A stretch of DNA of 64,000 bases. Source: Camelus dromedarius. Taxonomy: Eukaryota. The notes under the pieces were generated by a model. The model was given only the letters and a program-made list of their open reading frames with translations. It was not told where the DNA came from and did no database searches. The translations under genes were made by a program, and so were the position numbers. This document shows positions 1 to 21,720 of this stretch, one piece after another (the stretch's first letter is position 1; each line of letters opens with the position of its first letter). The stretch is taken from positions 4,588,001-4,652,000 of the forward strand of contig NC_087460.1 of NCBI RefSeq assembly GCF_036321535.1, read 5' to 3'.

Positions 1-250
1 CCACTCCCTGCCTCTGTCTTTACATGATCTTCCGCTGCCTGCCTCTGTGTCCCAGTCTCCCTCTTCTGTCTTTTAGAAAGCCACTAGTCATTAACCCTAA
101 ATCCAGGGTCTCATCTTACATCCTAAGCTCCAACACTCAGGCTGTGTGCTCATCTGCAAAGGCCCTTCTTCCAAACAGGTCCCTCCCATTCACAGGTTCT
201 GCAGGTCAGGACTTAGAGCTATCTTTCTGGGGCCACTATTTAACCCGCTA
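1..250 (-). mobile_element. MLT1 (ERVL-MaLR) LTR fragment
   Basis: Motifs ctcatctgcaaaggcccttcttccaaacaggtc...ttcacaggttct...gggccactatttaaccc are typical of MLT1. Confidence 0.6.
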
Positions 251-745
251 GAGGAGCAGAATAGCCAAGGAAGAGGGGAGATTTGAGCTGGACTTGTAAG
301 GATGGGGAGGACCCTGAACAGAAGAATCAAGGGAGCAGCTGGGCTGGATTTATCTGGGGGACAGTGACTGAGTCTGGAGGGACCATAGCCAGGGAGCAGA
401 GGCCGAGTTCTGTGGGACCCTGGGGCCTGCAGGAGAGTGTGCGCTGGATGAGACCGAATTGAACTGGGCTGTCAAGTTGACAAGAGAGCCACCGAGCAGA
501 GGAAGGCCATGTGACATCTGTGTGTTTTGTCTTGCACTGTCAGGTGGCCATGTGACAAGTGGGCTGGGGGAGGGCGGGATTGTTAGCAGGAGATTTACCC
601 TACTAGTCTGGGTGTGAAACACTGAGGTTCGGTGCCCTGGCCTTAGGGACATGGTGCAAAAAAAGAAGGAAAAAAAGGAGCAGAAAGGAGCTGAAGGAAA
701 AAGAAGAGACGGGTGAGCCCTAGAGAGACTGTTAGAAACGTGTAC

Positions 746-846
746 GGGGTGGGGGTTCGGCTCAGCTGGTAGAGCGCGTGCTGAGCATGTGTGAGGTACT
801 TGGTCTGGTCCCCAGTACCTCCACTTAAAAAAGAGGGAGAAAAAGA
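746..846 (+). mobile_element. tRNA-derived SINE (Vic-1-like), diverged
   Basis: GGGG..GCTCAGCTGGTAGAGCG..GCATG..GAGGT..CCCCAGTACCTCC plus A-rich tail. Confidence 0.85.
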
Positions 847-883
847 AGCCTGTGCAGAAGGTTCAGACACCAGCTCTCCCTCT

Positions 884-1020
884 TAGTAGCTGGGTGACCT
901 TGGGTGAATGATGTGGCCTCTCTGATCTTCCATTTCTTCACCTGCAAAATGGATACAAATGATAACAGTGTTTGCTTCATAGGGAGGAAGAAACCATTCA
1001 GATTAAGCAGCTAGCATGGT
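884..1020 (+). mobile_element. MIR
   Basis: tagctgggtgaccttggg...cttcacctgcaaaatgg core. Confidence 0.75.
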
Positions 1021-1359
1021 GCCCGCTCTAGGCAACTCAGGCCCGCAAGGACAAAGGATGGCTTGCGCCCGACGTTGCTGTGTGAAAGACTGCTTTGGTA
1101 AAGATAGAAATGATTAGAAAGGGAAAGCTGTTTGCTTAGTTGTGGCTTCCTAGGTGGGGCGGGGCTCGGGCAGTAGGGTTCGTTTTAAACAGAGGCGCTT
1201 TGGAAATGAGGGCGTGGGAGACACCAAGTGGACATCTCTCAGGGGCTTTTGGAAACACGGAGACACAGACTGGGGTTCAGGTGAGAAATAAGGGTGAACT
1301 ATGAAAGGTGCTAAGAGAATAGATCCTAAAAGTTCTTTTCCTGAGAAAAAAAGATGTTT

Positions 1360-1500
1360 GTAACAACGTATGGTGACCAAGGTTAACCAGACTTACTGTG
1401 GACCGTTTCATCATATATACAAGTATTAAGTCACTATGGTATGCACCTGAAACAAATACAATGTTATACCTCAATTTAGAAAAAGAGAGAAAAGGCATTT
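1360..1500 (+). mobile_element. L1 3'-end fragment
   Basis: tatggtgaccaaggttaaccagacttactgtg...cacctgaaacaaatacaatgttatacctcaatt. Confidence 0.7.
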
Positions 1501-1860
1501 TGAACAAGAAATCATAGTGTAGAAGATTTCTAAAGAATGCAACTTCACTATTGTTAGAATGTAAATCACAGGAGTGGTTCTCACAGGACCTTAATGACTG
1601 GATTATAATGATTTGTTGTTCGCACATGAGGTAGTTAGCGCTTCTGCAACTTCTGAAGATGTAAGAAAATAGTCTTGTTCTTTAAATAATTGTAAGCATT
1701 TTTCCCACAATCTTACCTACGATATCATATCATAGTGTGGAGACCTTATTCAAGAAAAGGAAAACCAGCGCTTAGGCTCTGTTTAAATACTGTATTTAAA
1801 ATTCAGAATAGGAGAGTAAATAATAAATAAGAGAGTTTTGCCATTAAAAAAATGAAAAGG

Positions 1861-1958
1861 GGGGAAGGGTATAGCTCAGTGGTAGAGCACATGCTTAGCA
1901 TGTGCAAAGGTCCTGGGTTCAGTTCTCAGTACTTTCATTAAAAAAGAAAAGGAAGAAG
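1861..1958 (+). mobile_element. Vic-1-like SINE
   Basis: A box TAGCTCAGTGGTAGAG and B-box-like GGGTTCAGTTC; flanking aatgaaa(a)gg repeat. Confidence 0.9.
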
Positions 1959-4494
1959 AATGAAAGGCAGAAACTCAAGATCTTGTGTCCTCCAGGCCTC
2001 TGAGGCTGCCACTTCCTTAGATTCCTAAACAAGATGGTGACAGTCCCAAGGAAGTTCGAGGTAGGGGGTGGGTCAGGGGTCATCTGCCCTGAGCACTGCT
2101 CCAGGCCGACTCAGAGTCCCCTCTCTCCTGCTCCACTACCCCCAGCCCGGTGTTCACAAGGCAGCTGACACCACACTAGTGATTTCGAGTTGTACTGAAG
2201 CCTGGATAAGAGTGAAGCAGAGGATAAATCTGGAAACAAACCTCTGGGTGCCTGGAGCCCCACTGCCCAGGGCAGCTTACTGGCCAGAAGTCTTTTTTTC
2301 TTTATCATCCCCATCGCTGAACTTTCTCCTCTTCTTTTGGTTCTCTCCCTGTGAAGACACCCCACCTCCCACTTTCGTTTAGAACCCCCAAGGGAACCAC
2401 TAAAAGTTGCTGGTATTTTATTATGCAAACGAACTTGGCCCCCAAGAGTCTTACTCCAGGCTAAGAGAGGGTGAGGAAGTCATTTCTGATGTGCAACTAA
2501 GCAGTGCACAAGCTCCCTGCCTCCCTGGAAAAAGAGAACCCTGAAACTTTGAAATGAGTTTGTCCTGCTACCACCTCACCCCAGAGTCTTAGGGGATCCC
2601 TCTCTCTATCAGCACAAGTCTTTGTAAACTGAAGAGGGCAGCAGAATATCTATTGGTCCCAGGGGCCAGACTGTTTTTCCTCCGCCTTTATAGAGACGTA
2701 CACGTAGATTTATCGCTAGCAGGTCTGGCTGCGGCGGCTTAAGCTTTTAGAAAAAATGGGTTTCTCAAGAGGAGAGAGACTGAATCTTGGGAAATGCCCA
2801 TATTTAAGGGCTGGGAAGAGGAAATGGAACTTGTGCCAGGAACAGAAAGCTATCAGAGGCAAGGCCAAGGGATGAACAGAGGAAAGAGGTGGGCTCTGGG
2901 GCGCCCAGCCCAGCTCTGTCTCGCTGTCTGTGTTCCTGCAGGAGAAACCTCACCTCTCTCAGCCCAGTCCCATCTGGGGATGCAGGGATAATGGGAACCA
3001 CCAAACAGGACAGACGGGAGAAGTACGTTTGTAAGCTGCTTGGCATGCAGCCCAGCACTTAATGGGGGCTCCAGAAATGCTTGTTACTGTGATCTTTAGA
3101 AGGGGGTAGCCCATGGTGCCTAGGTGGTGATGCCTGCTTGGTGCCGACTTGTCACTCAGGGAGTCCAAGGGCAGCTTCAAGAGATGGTTTTTGTCCAGGA
3201 TGGGGGGCTTGGGGAGGAGAGCAGGTGAATCTGGGAGCCACTCCAGAGGCAGTGGGGAAGGGAGGCATTCCCTCTCAAGGTTTCAGTTCCCCACCGGGGC
3301 AAAGGAGGTAGAACCCCACGTGGGGGAGCCCTCCCTCTTCCCGGCTTTGTGGAGGTGTCACATTCCAGCCCAGGCACCAATTTCCTCTTCCTTTCCCACC
3401 CTGCCCCCAACATGTCTCTCCGCTTACCCAAGCTGAGAAGTTTTCCCAGGGTTGCAGGAGAGCCTTAGGGGTGGCCAAGGGCACTTCAGACAGCCTTGTC
3501 CAGGTACCTGAGGTGTCCTGTTCCTCAGCTCCACCCTGCCCCCTTGCCTCCCTGCTTCTTCCCCAGGTGGGGTCACGGGCAAGTTTAGTGGAGATGCTGG
3601 TGTCAGACGTTCCTTCCAGACCCCCCCCCAGTTCTTTTCCTCCACATACCCTCTGTATCCTGGACATCCCAAACATAAAATTGAACTTAGGTCGTGTGGG
3701 GCCAAAGGGCATCTCATTAGGACAAGCAGGCTGCCCTAGCCCTGCCCTGGACCGAAGAACAGCTCCTCCCACCCTCCTCTTCGGTGGTTCCTCCCCGCAC
3801 TCCACACAGCTGGGGGATGTGGAAGAGGTCACAGGACCTGGTCTGGCGTGCTGGTCTCCTGTCCCCGGGCACCATCATCCCTGGCTCTGGCCAACAGGCC
3901 AAGTCTTATGAGACTGCTAAGAATCCTTGCATGAGACGGAGTGACCGGGAAGCCAGGGCAAGGAGAACTGGAAATCCAAGCCTGATGTCATTCTGCTGTC
4001 CCTGTACATCCATTTTGCCAACATGTCTCTTGTCCAGACCCAGCTACCTCCCCACCTTGTTGTGTTTCTGGAGAGGCTTTGGGAAGGTCTAGGTGCCTAA
4101 GAGTTGCTGGTCCATATACCTCAAAGGGGAGGGGAGGAATATTCAAATTATTTAATGAGCAGAGTGGCATGGGCATCACCAATCCGAGCAGAGCTAGAGG
4201 TCCCCTGCTGCGCCAGGTATCATCCCTCTGCTGCTGCATCCTGGGGGAGGGCTGAGTGGTCTCAGGGACGGAAGGTGGGAGGCTCAGGCAGTAGCCCTTT
4301 GCTTCCCAGCATGGAAGTAGTTCAGTATTTCCACAGCGATATGGCCATTCCGGCAAGTTCTGCTATCGGCGCTGCCCACAGCAGCCAACACTAACTCTTT
4401 TTGCCAAGCCTCTGCCTGCAGCCTCTCCACGGGTTCTGCTGCCGTCCCTCCCCACCCCCAAGAGAGAGCTGTCCCTTGGTAATTCTCGTTCCTC

Positions 4495-4544
4495 TAAAGC
4501 TGCCCTTAAAAAAATAAATAAATAAATAAAATAAAGCTGCCCTT
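4495..4544 (+). mobile_element. Tail-only retroposon insertion: 24-nt A/(AAAT)n flanked by 13-bp direct repeats
   Basis: taaagctgccctt (4495-4507), A-rich 4508-4531, taaagctgccctt (4532-4544). Confidence 0.7.
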
Positions 4545-5104
4545 GAAAAGCAGTGCAGCCACTGAACTAGGACTCACAGGGAAACGCCCAGTCCTGGCTC
4601 TGCTTCTCTCTACCTGTGCAACCTGGACCAAGTCCACTCAGCTCTCAAAGTCTTGTTTTCTCACCTGTAAAATGGGCTAATGCCCAGGCTTTCCACCCTG
4701 CAGGTACTGGTGTGTATCAAATGACCGCATACAGAGGTGCTTTATAAACCTCTTCTCAGATGTCACTCTTTTATTCTGCTGGTGCCTCTATGAAAATGCT
4801 AAGACAGACAATAACGTATCCCTTCTCCACTCCTCTTGGGACGGTCTTGCTCTCACCTTTGAAGGACAGCAGAGTCCTCAGCCCAGGATAAAGCCTGCCC
4901 CAGCCCACCCTGGTGGTAGGAGAAAGAGTAACCCGAGGACCCAGCCCCATTCAGAGCTCTTATGCCACTGTCAGAGCTCGTATGCCGTTCAAGGAGGGCT
5001 TCCTGAAGGAGGGAACAGGCCAGACAGAGGGCTTGCCAAGGAGGCGTGAAGTCAGGAGAAACTGTACAGGTAGAAAACGAGGCTTTCTGTTCACCCCAGG
5101 ACCA

Positions 5105-5300
5105 GCTCAGGAGTTCAAATCCTGGCTCTGCCCCTTTCCTATGGCATCAGCTTGGCATTTACTTTACCGGAGTCTCTATTTCTCAGGAATAAAGTGGGAG
5201 CAAAAAAGTCTGCCTCATAGAGTGGCTGTGAAGATGAAACAAGATTATATATGCAAAGCATTTAGCATGGTGCCTGGCATACAGCAGGTGCTCAATAAAT
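5105..5300 (+). mobile_element. MIR with L2-like 3' end
   Basis: ttcaaatcctggctctg...gtgcctggcatacagcaggtgctcaataaatg. Confidence 0.75.
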
Positions 5301-5332
5301 GAGAGCTTTTAATGAAAGTATCTCCACCCTAG

Positions 5333-7045
5333 GTCACCCTGCAGAAGCTGAAGGCAGAGGAGTACATCCAACAGAAGAGGGAGCTCCTGGCCCTCTATCG
5401 GGACGGGGACAGGAAGTCCCCAGGAACCAGGCCCTCCACACCGTCCCCTCCTTCCCCACCTTCCCCGGAGGGCTCTCAAAGCAGTGTGGAGGGGAGGTAA
5501 GACCACCAGGGAGCACAAGGTCTCCCAAAGTAAGGGGGCTGCAGGCAGGGAGGGAGGGAAGAGGAACCCACAAGGCTGGGAAATGGCAATACAGCTTTTG
5601 GTGGGGGTTAGGACTAGTTTGAGGGACCCAGGCTACAGGTTGGAGCAGAACAGGTTGGCATGAGCCGTGTGAAGGGCCACATGGGATTAGCCAGCCTAAG
5701 GTTGGCACAGGGTAAGGGAAACACACAAAAGGCACACATTCCTGAGAAGAGCAGGCCCCCCAGGCCAGGGGCGGAGAGTGAAGTGCTGTTTTGCAGAATG
5801 TCAGAGCTGCAGGGACCGGACTAGTTCAAATCCCCAGAGAGTGTGAGAGGTTCATCCAGATTAACATAGCTGTTGAACTGCATGGTTAAGGAGGAAAAAA
5901 GAGTCCATCACTGGGGGGTAACCTCAGGGGAGCTCAGGAAGCACTCAGCAAATAGCTGATACAAGGTTCTGGACCAAGTGCAGGGGCTACAGTCTAGCCA
6001 GTGAGATGAGAAAAGCTGTTAGTGCAGCAAAAAGGTGATAACAAAATAAGCTTGGAGGAGAGTCCATTTCTGGATGGAGTGATCAAGGAAGACTCCCTGG
6101 TCTTGAACTTGACTGTTCAGCATCTGACTCTGACCATCCGCTATTAATTGTAGGATTCCCGAGGGCTCGACTGCCATCCCCCACCTAGTGGTGACAGAAG
6201 ACACAGATGAAGATGCTCCCTCAGTACCAGATGACACATCAGACTCTGGCTATGGCACTCTGGTCCCAGGCTCTCCCAAGGCGTCCCACTCCCCGCTGAG
6301 CCGTCTCCGCTCAAGGGCCCTTCGGCGAGACCCTCGCCTCACCTTCTCCACTCTGGACCTCCGAGATGTTCCTTTGCGACCCCAGCCTCCTGACCCCCAA
6401 GCTCCCCAACGCCGAAGCGCCCCTGAACTGCCAGGGCAAGTTATCCAGAAAGGAGACAGCCTTCCCAGAAGAGACCCACCGAGCTGGTCTGAGGAAGAAG
6501 ACAGGACCTCGGCGGGAGGGAATGTGGTAGTGGAAACCTTGCACAGGGCCCGACTTCGCGGGCAGCTCCCCCTCTCCCCGACCCACACAGACTCTGCTGG
6601 GGAAAGCCCCTGGGAATCCTCCGGGGATGAGGAAGAAGAGGGACCTCTCTTCCTGGGACCCAGCTACACCCCCTCTCGCCACCCTCTCCGGGCTGAGGAC
6701 ATGCTCAGAGAGATCCGAGAGGAACTGGCCAGCCAACGGATTGAGGGTGTCCCCGAGCCTGGGAACAGCAGGCCACGGAAGCTGACTCGGGTCCAACTGC
6801 AGAGGATGCGTGGGCCTCACATCATACACCTGGACACACCCCTGTCCACATCGTAAGTGCAAAGGGGATGCTGGCATGGGAGGTAGCAGCGGGGAGGCCA
6901 GGATGGAGCAGTAGGGGTGCCAGAGCAGGAGGCCGGTGGAGAGGCGGGTCAGTATAGGAGGGCAGGACTAGAGGGGCCTCTAGCCTCACTCCACTCCATT
7001 TCTGACTGCCTGACACCTGCCTCTTTCCTTTTCAGAGAGGTGTGA
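5333..7045 (+). CDS. PLEKHG6: PLEKHG6 (MyoGEF, RhoGEF/PH protein), last three coding exons; 5' part lies upstream of the window
   Basis: Exons 5333-5496 (VTLQKLKAEEYIQQKRELL...), 6154-6852 (IPHLVVTEDTDED...DSGYGT...HIIHLDTPLSTS) and 7036-7045 (completing S-E-V-stop). All junctions are AG/GT and phases are consistent (0/2, 2/2). The peptide matches the recalled PLEKHG6 C-terminus, and synteny with TNFRSF1A fits. Confidence 0.95.
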
Positions 7046-7227
7046 GGACCACTAAAGACCCTCGGCATTTCTCCCAGAGGGAATCTCTCCCTAAGAGTGT
7101 TGGTCACCATCTTCACCTCCGGACTCTACCTCAAGGACACTTCCCTGGGCACTCTGCCCTTCCTATTCTGAGGACTTTGGGGATCAAGAGCTGTACATTT
7201 GTATATCATAGACACACCAGAGGCCCA

Positions 7228-7245
7228 CATAAAGTTGTGCATAAA
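7228..7245 (+). terminator. Candidate PLEKHG6 poly(A) signals (two CATAAA variants)
   Basis: CATAAA at 7228-7233 and 7240-7245. I saw no AATAAA on + between the stop codon and TNFRSF1A. Confidence 0.4.
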
Positions 7246-7461
7246 AATGGCCTCCCAGCCCATGCTACGTGAAGGTAGAGGAAAAAGAAGTGGGGGCAGG
7301 GGGTGGGGGGTCACAGAGTGAGCTCAGGCAACAAATCATGTCAGTGCCCTTCATGGTGGCAGGGTATCTCACCCATCAGGATCTTGTACTCTGGACCCAT
7401 CCCCCACACCCACCACTCAGAAAGACCACTTCCTCCAAGAGGAGAGCTTTAACTGGAGAGT

Positions 7462-7467
7462 TTTAGT
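7462..7467 (-). terminator. Candidate TNFRSF1A poly(A) signal (ACTAAA variant)
   Basis: The minus strand reads ...tgtaaatacACTAAAactctccagttaaagctct, resembling the recalled human TNFRSF1A mRNA end. I saw no canonical AATAAA in this 3'UTR. Confidence 0.5.
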
Positions 7468-7751
7468 GTATTTACAAAAGAACACAGCTCCCGGCAGGAG
7501 GCCCCATGGTTCTGTGCCTCCCCTGCCTTGGGACAGTTCATCTTACTCTGTGTTTGTTCAGGCAGGGGACAAAGGGTGCCAGGTTTCTATTAGTGTACAT
7601 ACTGGATAAAAAGATTGCTTATCTACTGTGAAACAGGCTCAGGGACCAACAAGGGGCTGCCAAGCAGCCTTGCTGGGTTCTCCAAGTCCAAAATGGGCAA
7701 TGAGGCATGGCGCCCCTCTTCCCTGCAACCACGGCCTTGGGCTCCTGGCAC

Positions 7752-7842
7752 ACTCAGCCTTTCTCGCGAGGACACTCTCCCCCCACCCTATATTACACAC
7801 ACACACAACTCAGCCTTTCTCACGAGGACACTCCCCTCCCCC

Positions 7843-7874
<32 letters not shown>

Positions 7875-7910
7875 AACCCAGCCTTTCTCACGAGGACACT
7901 CCCCTCCCCC

Positions 7911-7941
<31 letters not shown>
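7752..7941. repeat. Triplicated 56-68 bp minisatellite with embedded (CA)n, in the TNFRSF1A 3'UTR
   Basis: Units start at 7752, 7808 and 7876: ACTCAGCCTTTCTCRCGAGGACACTC...ATATT followed by (AC)6, (AC)13 and (AC)13. Confidence 0.95.
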
Positions 7942-8089
7942 CTGACCGGGAGCTGAGAAAAGCTATGTACACTAAGGGAGTAGCACCAGGTGAGTGGCTG
8001 CTAGATCATGCTTGCTCCTCCAAGACCTTCCTCTCCAGAAAAAAGGGGGTCCAGAGGGCATCTCGAAGGTCCTTCCGAGCTGCCCAGGG

Positions 8090-19091
<11,002 letters not shown>

Positions 19092-19111
19092 GTCCGGCCA
19101 GCTGGGGCCTC

Positions 19112-19123
19112 TCACTCCCCCAT
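19112..19123 (-). CDS. Micro-uORF ATG GGG GAG TGA (M-G-E) in the TNFRSF1A 5'UTR
   Basis: Its stop ends 20 nt upstream of the main ATG (19091). The same 12 nt occur in the human 5'UTR as recalled. Confidence 0.6.
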   Translation of the reverse strand: MGE

Positions 19124-19299
19124 CAGGGCTCAGGCCTGGGCGGCTAGACGACTGTGGTAGTGACACAGTCCCAGGATGAGCCGGGACCTACCGGACCCGA
19201 GGTCCCAAGTGGATCCCGGGCGTTGGGTCGGGGAGTTGAGGGTTGAGACTGGGGCAGAGATCACAGCCCGGTCCCAGGGCCCTCAAACCCGGAAGGCCA

Positions 19300-19600
19300 G
19301 GACTGAAGCCTGAGTTCGGAGAACTCGGAGAAAATTAAAGCAGAGAGGAGGAGGAGGTGGGAGGGGAAGGCAAATGGGGTGTTGCAACCTCGGGACAGGA
19401 AGAGCCGGGGGTGGAGGCGGGAGGAGGCGGGAGGAGGCAGGAGGTGGGGGCCAACGTTCCTTAACCCTTCGCAGCCAGTCCGAGGCACCGGCGGCCCGGG
19501 TCCAGCAGCCAGTCTGATCACTCCCCGCCAAACACCTAGGGGCGCCCGACTCCCCACCACCACCCGGCCTTTCCCAAATGAATGGCAGTAAAGGACTCAG
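19300..19600 (-). promoter_or_regulatory. TNFRSF1A TATA-less GC-box promoter
   Basis: Three tandem 10-bp GGAGGCGGGA units (19413-19442, Sp1/KLF-type boxes) in a CpG-enriched stretch upstream of exon 1. TSS position is approximate. Confidence 0.6.
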
Positions 19601-21074
19601 GGCTTTGGAGTCCGACTCCCTGGGTTCCAGATCAGAATTCTCTACTTTTTAGCTGGGTGGTCTGGGACAGACTCTCGGAGCCTGGGTTCCAGTTTGCAAA
19701 ACAGAGAGACCCTATCTCATGCAGTTGCTCTAAGGATTTTTTGAGCCTGGACAGATGGACAAGCACCTGATGCCTCAGTCTTCCTTAGGACCTCTTCTCT
19801 TTTCCCCAGAGTTCTCCACTGACACCCTAAGCTCCCACTTTCTTGGGAACTGACCCCTCTAACCCAAACTTCAGAGTCAGTCCTAACCCTGAATGGGGCT
19901 ATAGCCCATCCAGTCTCTGCCCTGCGGGGCCCCCACCTGCTAATCCTGGCTCTGCCTCCAAACAACGCAGGACCTCCCACAAGACAGACCTTGGTTATTC
20001 AATGAGAGTGACGGTGATGGCCTACCTTGGTGGGGAAGGTGGTACCACGAGGATTAGTGAGATCACATCGGTGAGGATGCTGTGGAGTTACCCATCTCTC
20101 CATCAGGTATGGCCAGTCCATTCCCCGTGCCCTTTTCCCAAGTATTCAGATACATCAATCCTAGCTGACCTCGGAGGCAATTTCCTGCAGCCAATCCCCC
20201 ACCCCTGCTTTTACAGATGAGAAAACTGAGGCTGAGGGACAGGCAAGTCATGTTCCCTGCAGAGCCAGCTAAGACCCTAGATTCCTGGCTTCAGTCCCAT
20301 TTTGCTATGACAGACATTTGCCTCTTTTCCATTCGTCCTTTTCAGTCAGGCCCCACACCCTGACTCTTTGAGTATTTTATGCCACTCCCATCCTAGCAGG
20401 ACACTTCCCAAATGAATCCCACAACAAGGGTACAACATTCACCAGAACATTCTCTGGACACAATGACCTACTCTATAGCCAGTCCAGGCCTGGGGTTCTC
20501 CAGCTGTTGAGGTCCGCTAGAAATGCGGGGGACCAGACAGGAGGTGCCAGGGCTTTGTGACTTTGCATCAGAGCTCCTGGCCCCTTTTCCTCCTGATCTA
20601 TCAGCTGAATCCTCACCCTGGGATCCACCCTACCTGGTCCTCCCTGGTCTCCCCTCTGCGATCCCAGGGGCAGAGCGTCTATAGATGTGAGTGGAGCTTG
20701 GATACCCCCACCTCTGGCTGACTTCACTCCAGCCCATCCTCTAGCTTCTGAGGAACAAGATGGTTAAAGCTGGACTCACAGAGGAAGGAGGTCACCTTCA
20801 CCAACACCCAGGTAGGCTCCAAGTACAGTAAGAGTGGGCCCAAAGCAAAGCTCTTGAAGAAGCAGGGTCATTGAAGTCAAGTGCAGGAGTCAGATGGCCC
20901 AGTTTCTAGTGTGAAGAGGAGAGCTGCAGCCTCACCTAAAACCAGGAAACAGGCCGGTACCCCTCACAGCACATGCACTGAGGAATACTTGCACGTAAAG
21001 TGTTTAGCAAGTGTTTGCCTCATACTAAATTCATTCTCCGTAAGTGGTAGCAATGTTAATAGTTTGTATTAACA

Positions 21075-21720
21075 ATGAATAACATTACCATATGATCGAA
21101 CAATCCCACTCCTGGGCGTATATCCGGAGAAAAATATAATTCTAAAAGACACATGCACCCACAATGTTCACAGCAGCACTATTTACAGTAGTCAAGACAT
21201 GGAAACAACCCAAATGTCCATCGACGGNNNNNNNNNNNNNNNNNNNNNNNNNNNNNNNNNNNNNNNNNNNNNNNNNNNNNNNNNNNNNNNNNNNNNNNNN
21301 NNNNNNNNNNNNNNNNNNNNNNNNNNNNNNNNNNNNNNNNNNNNNNNNNNNNNNNNNNNNNNNNNNNNNNNNNNNNNNNNNNNNNNNNNNNNNNNNNNNN
21401 NNNNNNNNNNNNNNNNNNNNNNNATTAAATGTGGAATCTTAAAAAAAAAGGACACAAATGAACTTATCTACAAAACAGAAAAAGACTCACAGGTGTAGAG
21501 AACAAACTTATGGTTACCAGGGATTAAAAGGGGCAGGAAAGGATAAATTGGGAATTCGGAAATTGCACCTCTTGGGGAGTGAAGGAACTGTTACCTATCT
21601 TGATTGTGATGGTGGTTTCATGGATGTAGACATCTATCAAAATTCATCAAATTGTACATTTGAAATATGTGTACTTTACTGTACAGGAATCATACCACAA
21701 TAAAGGTTTTTTTTTAAAAA
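21075..21720 (+). mobile_element. L1 ORF2-end/3'UTR fragments, with N gap
   Basis: caatcccactcctggg...atgttcacagcagcactatttaca...ggaaacaacccaaatgtccatc; ends with aataaa plus A-run. Confidence 0.85.
21228..21423. other. N gap
   Basis: 196 N. Confidence 0.99.

Noticed and set aside
1782-1800. 19-bp interrupted palindrome tttaaatac-t-gtatttaaa
   Set aside because: Short, AT-rich and intronic; compatible with chance.
1-5332. Search for further PLEKHG6 coding exons (PH domain)
   Set aside because: I found no segment matching the recalled PH-domain peptide with splice sites; treated as one long intron, although a small diverged exon could have been missed.
7752-7941. Repeat array considered as CRISPR-like
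   Set aside because: Eukaryotic context; the 'spacers' are CA microsatellite rather than unique sequence; no cas genes.
21164-21498. ORFs running through N gaps (also at 51342-51786 and 61498-61998)
   Set aside because: Apparent length comes from undefined bases; flanks are decayed L1 or MLT sequence.
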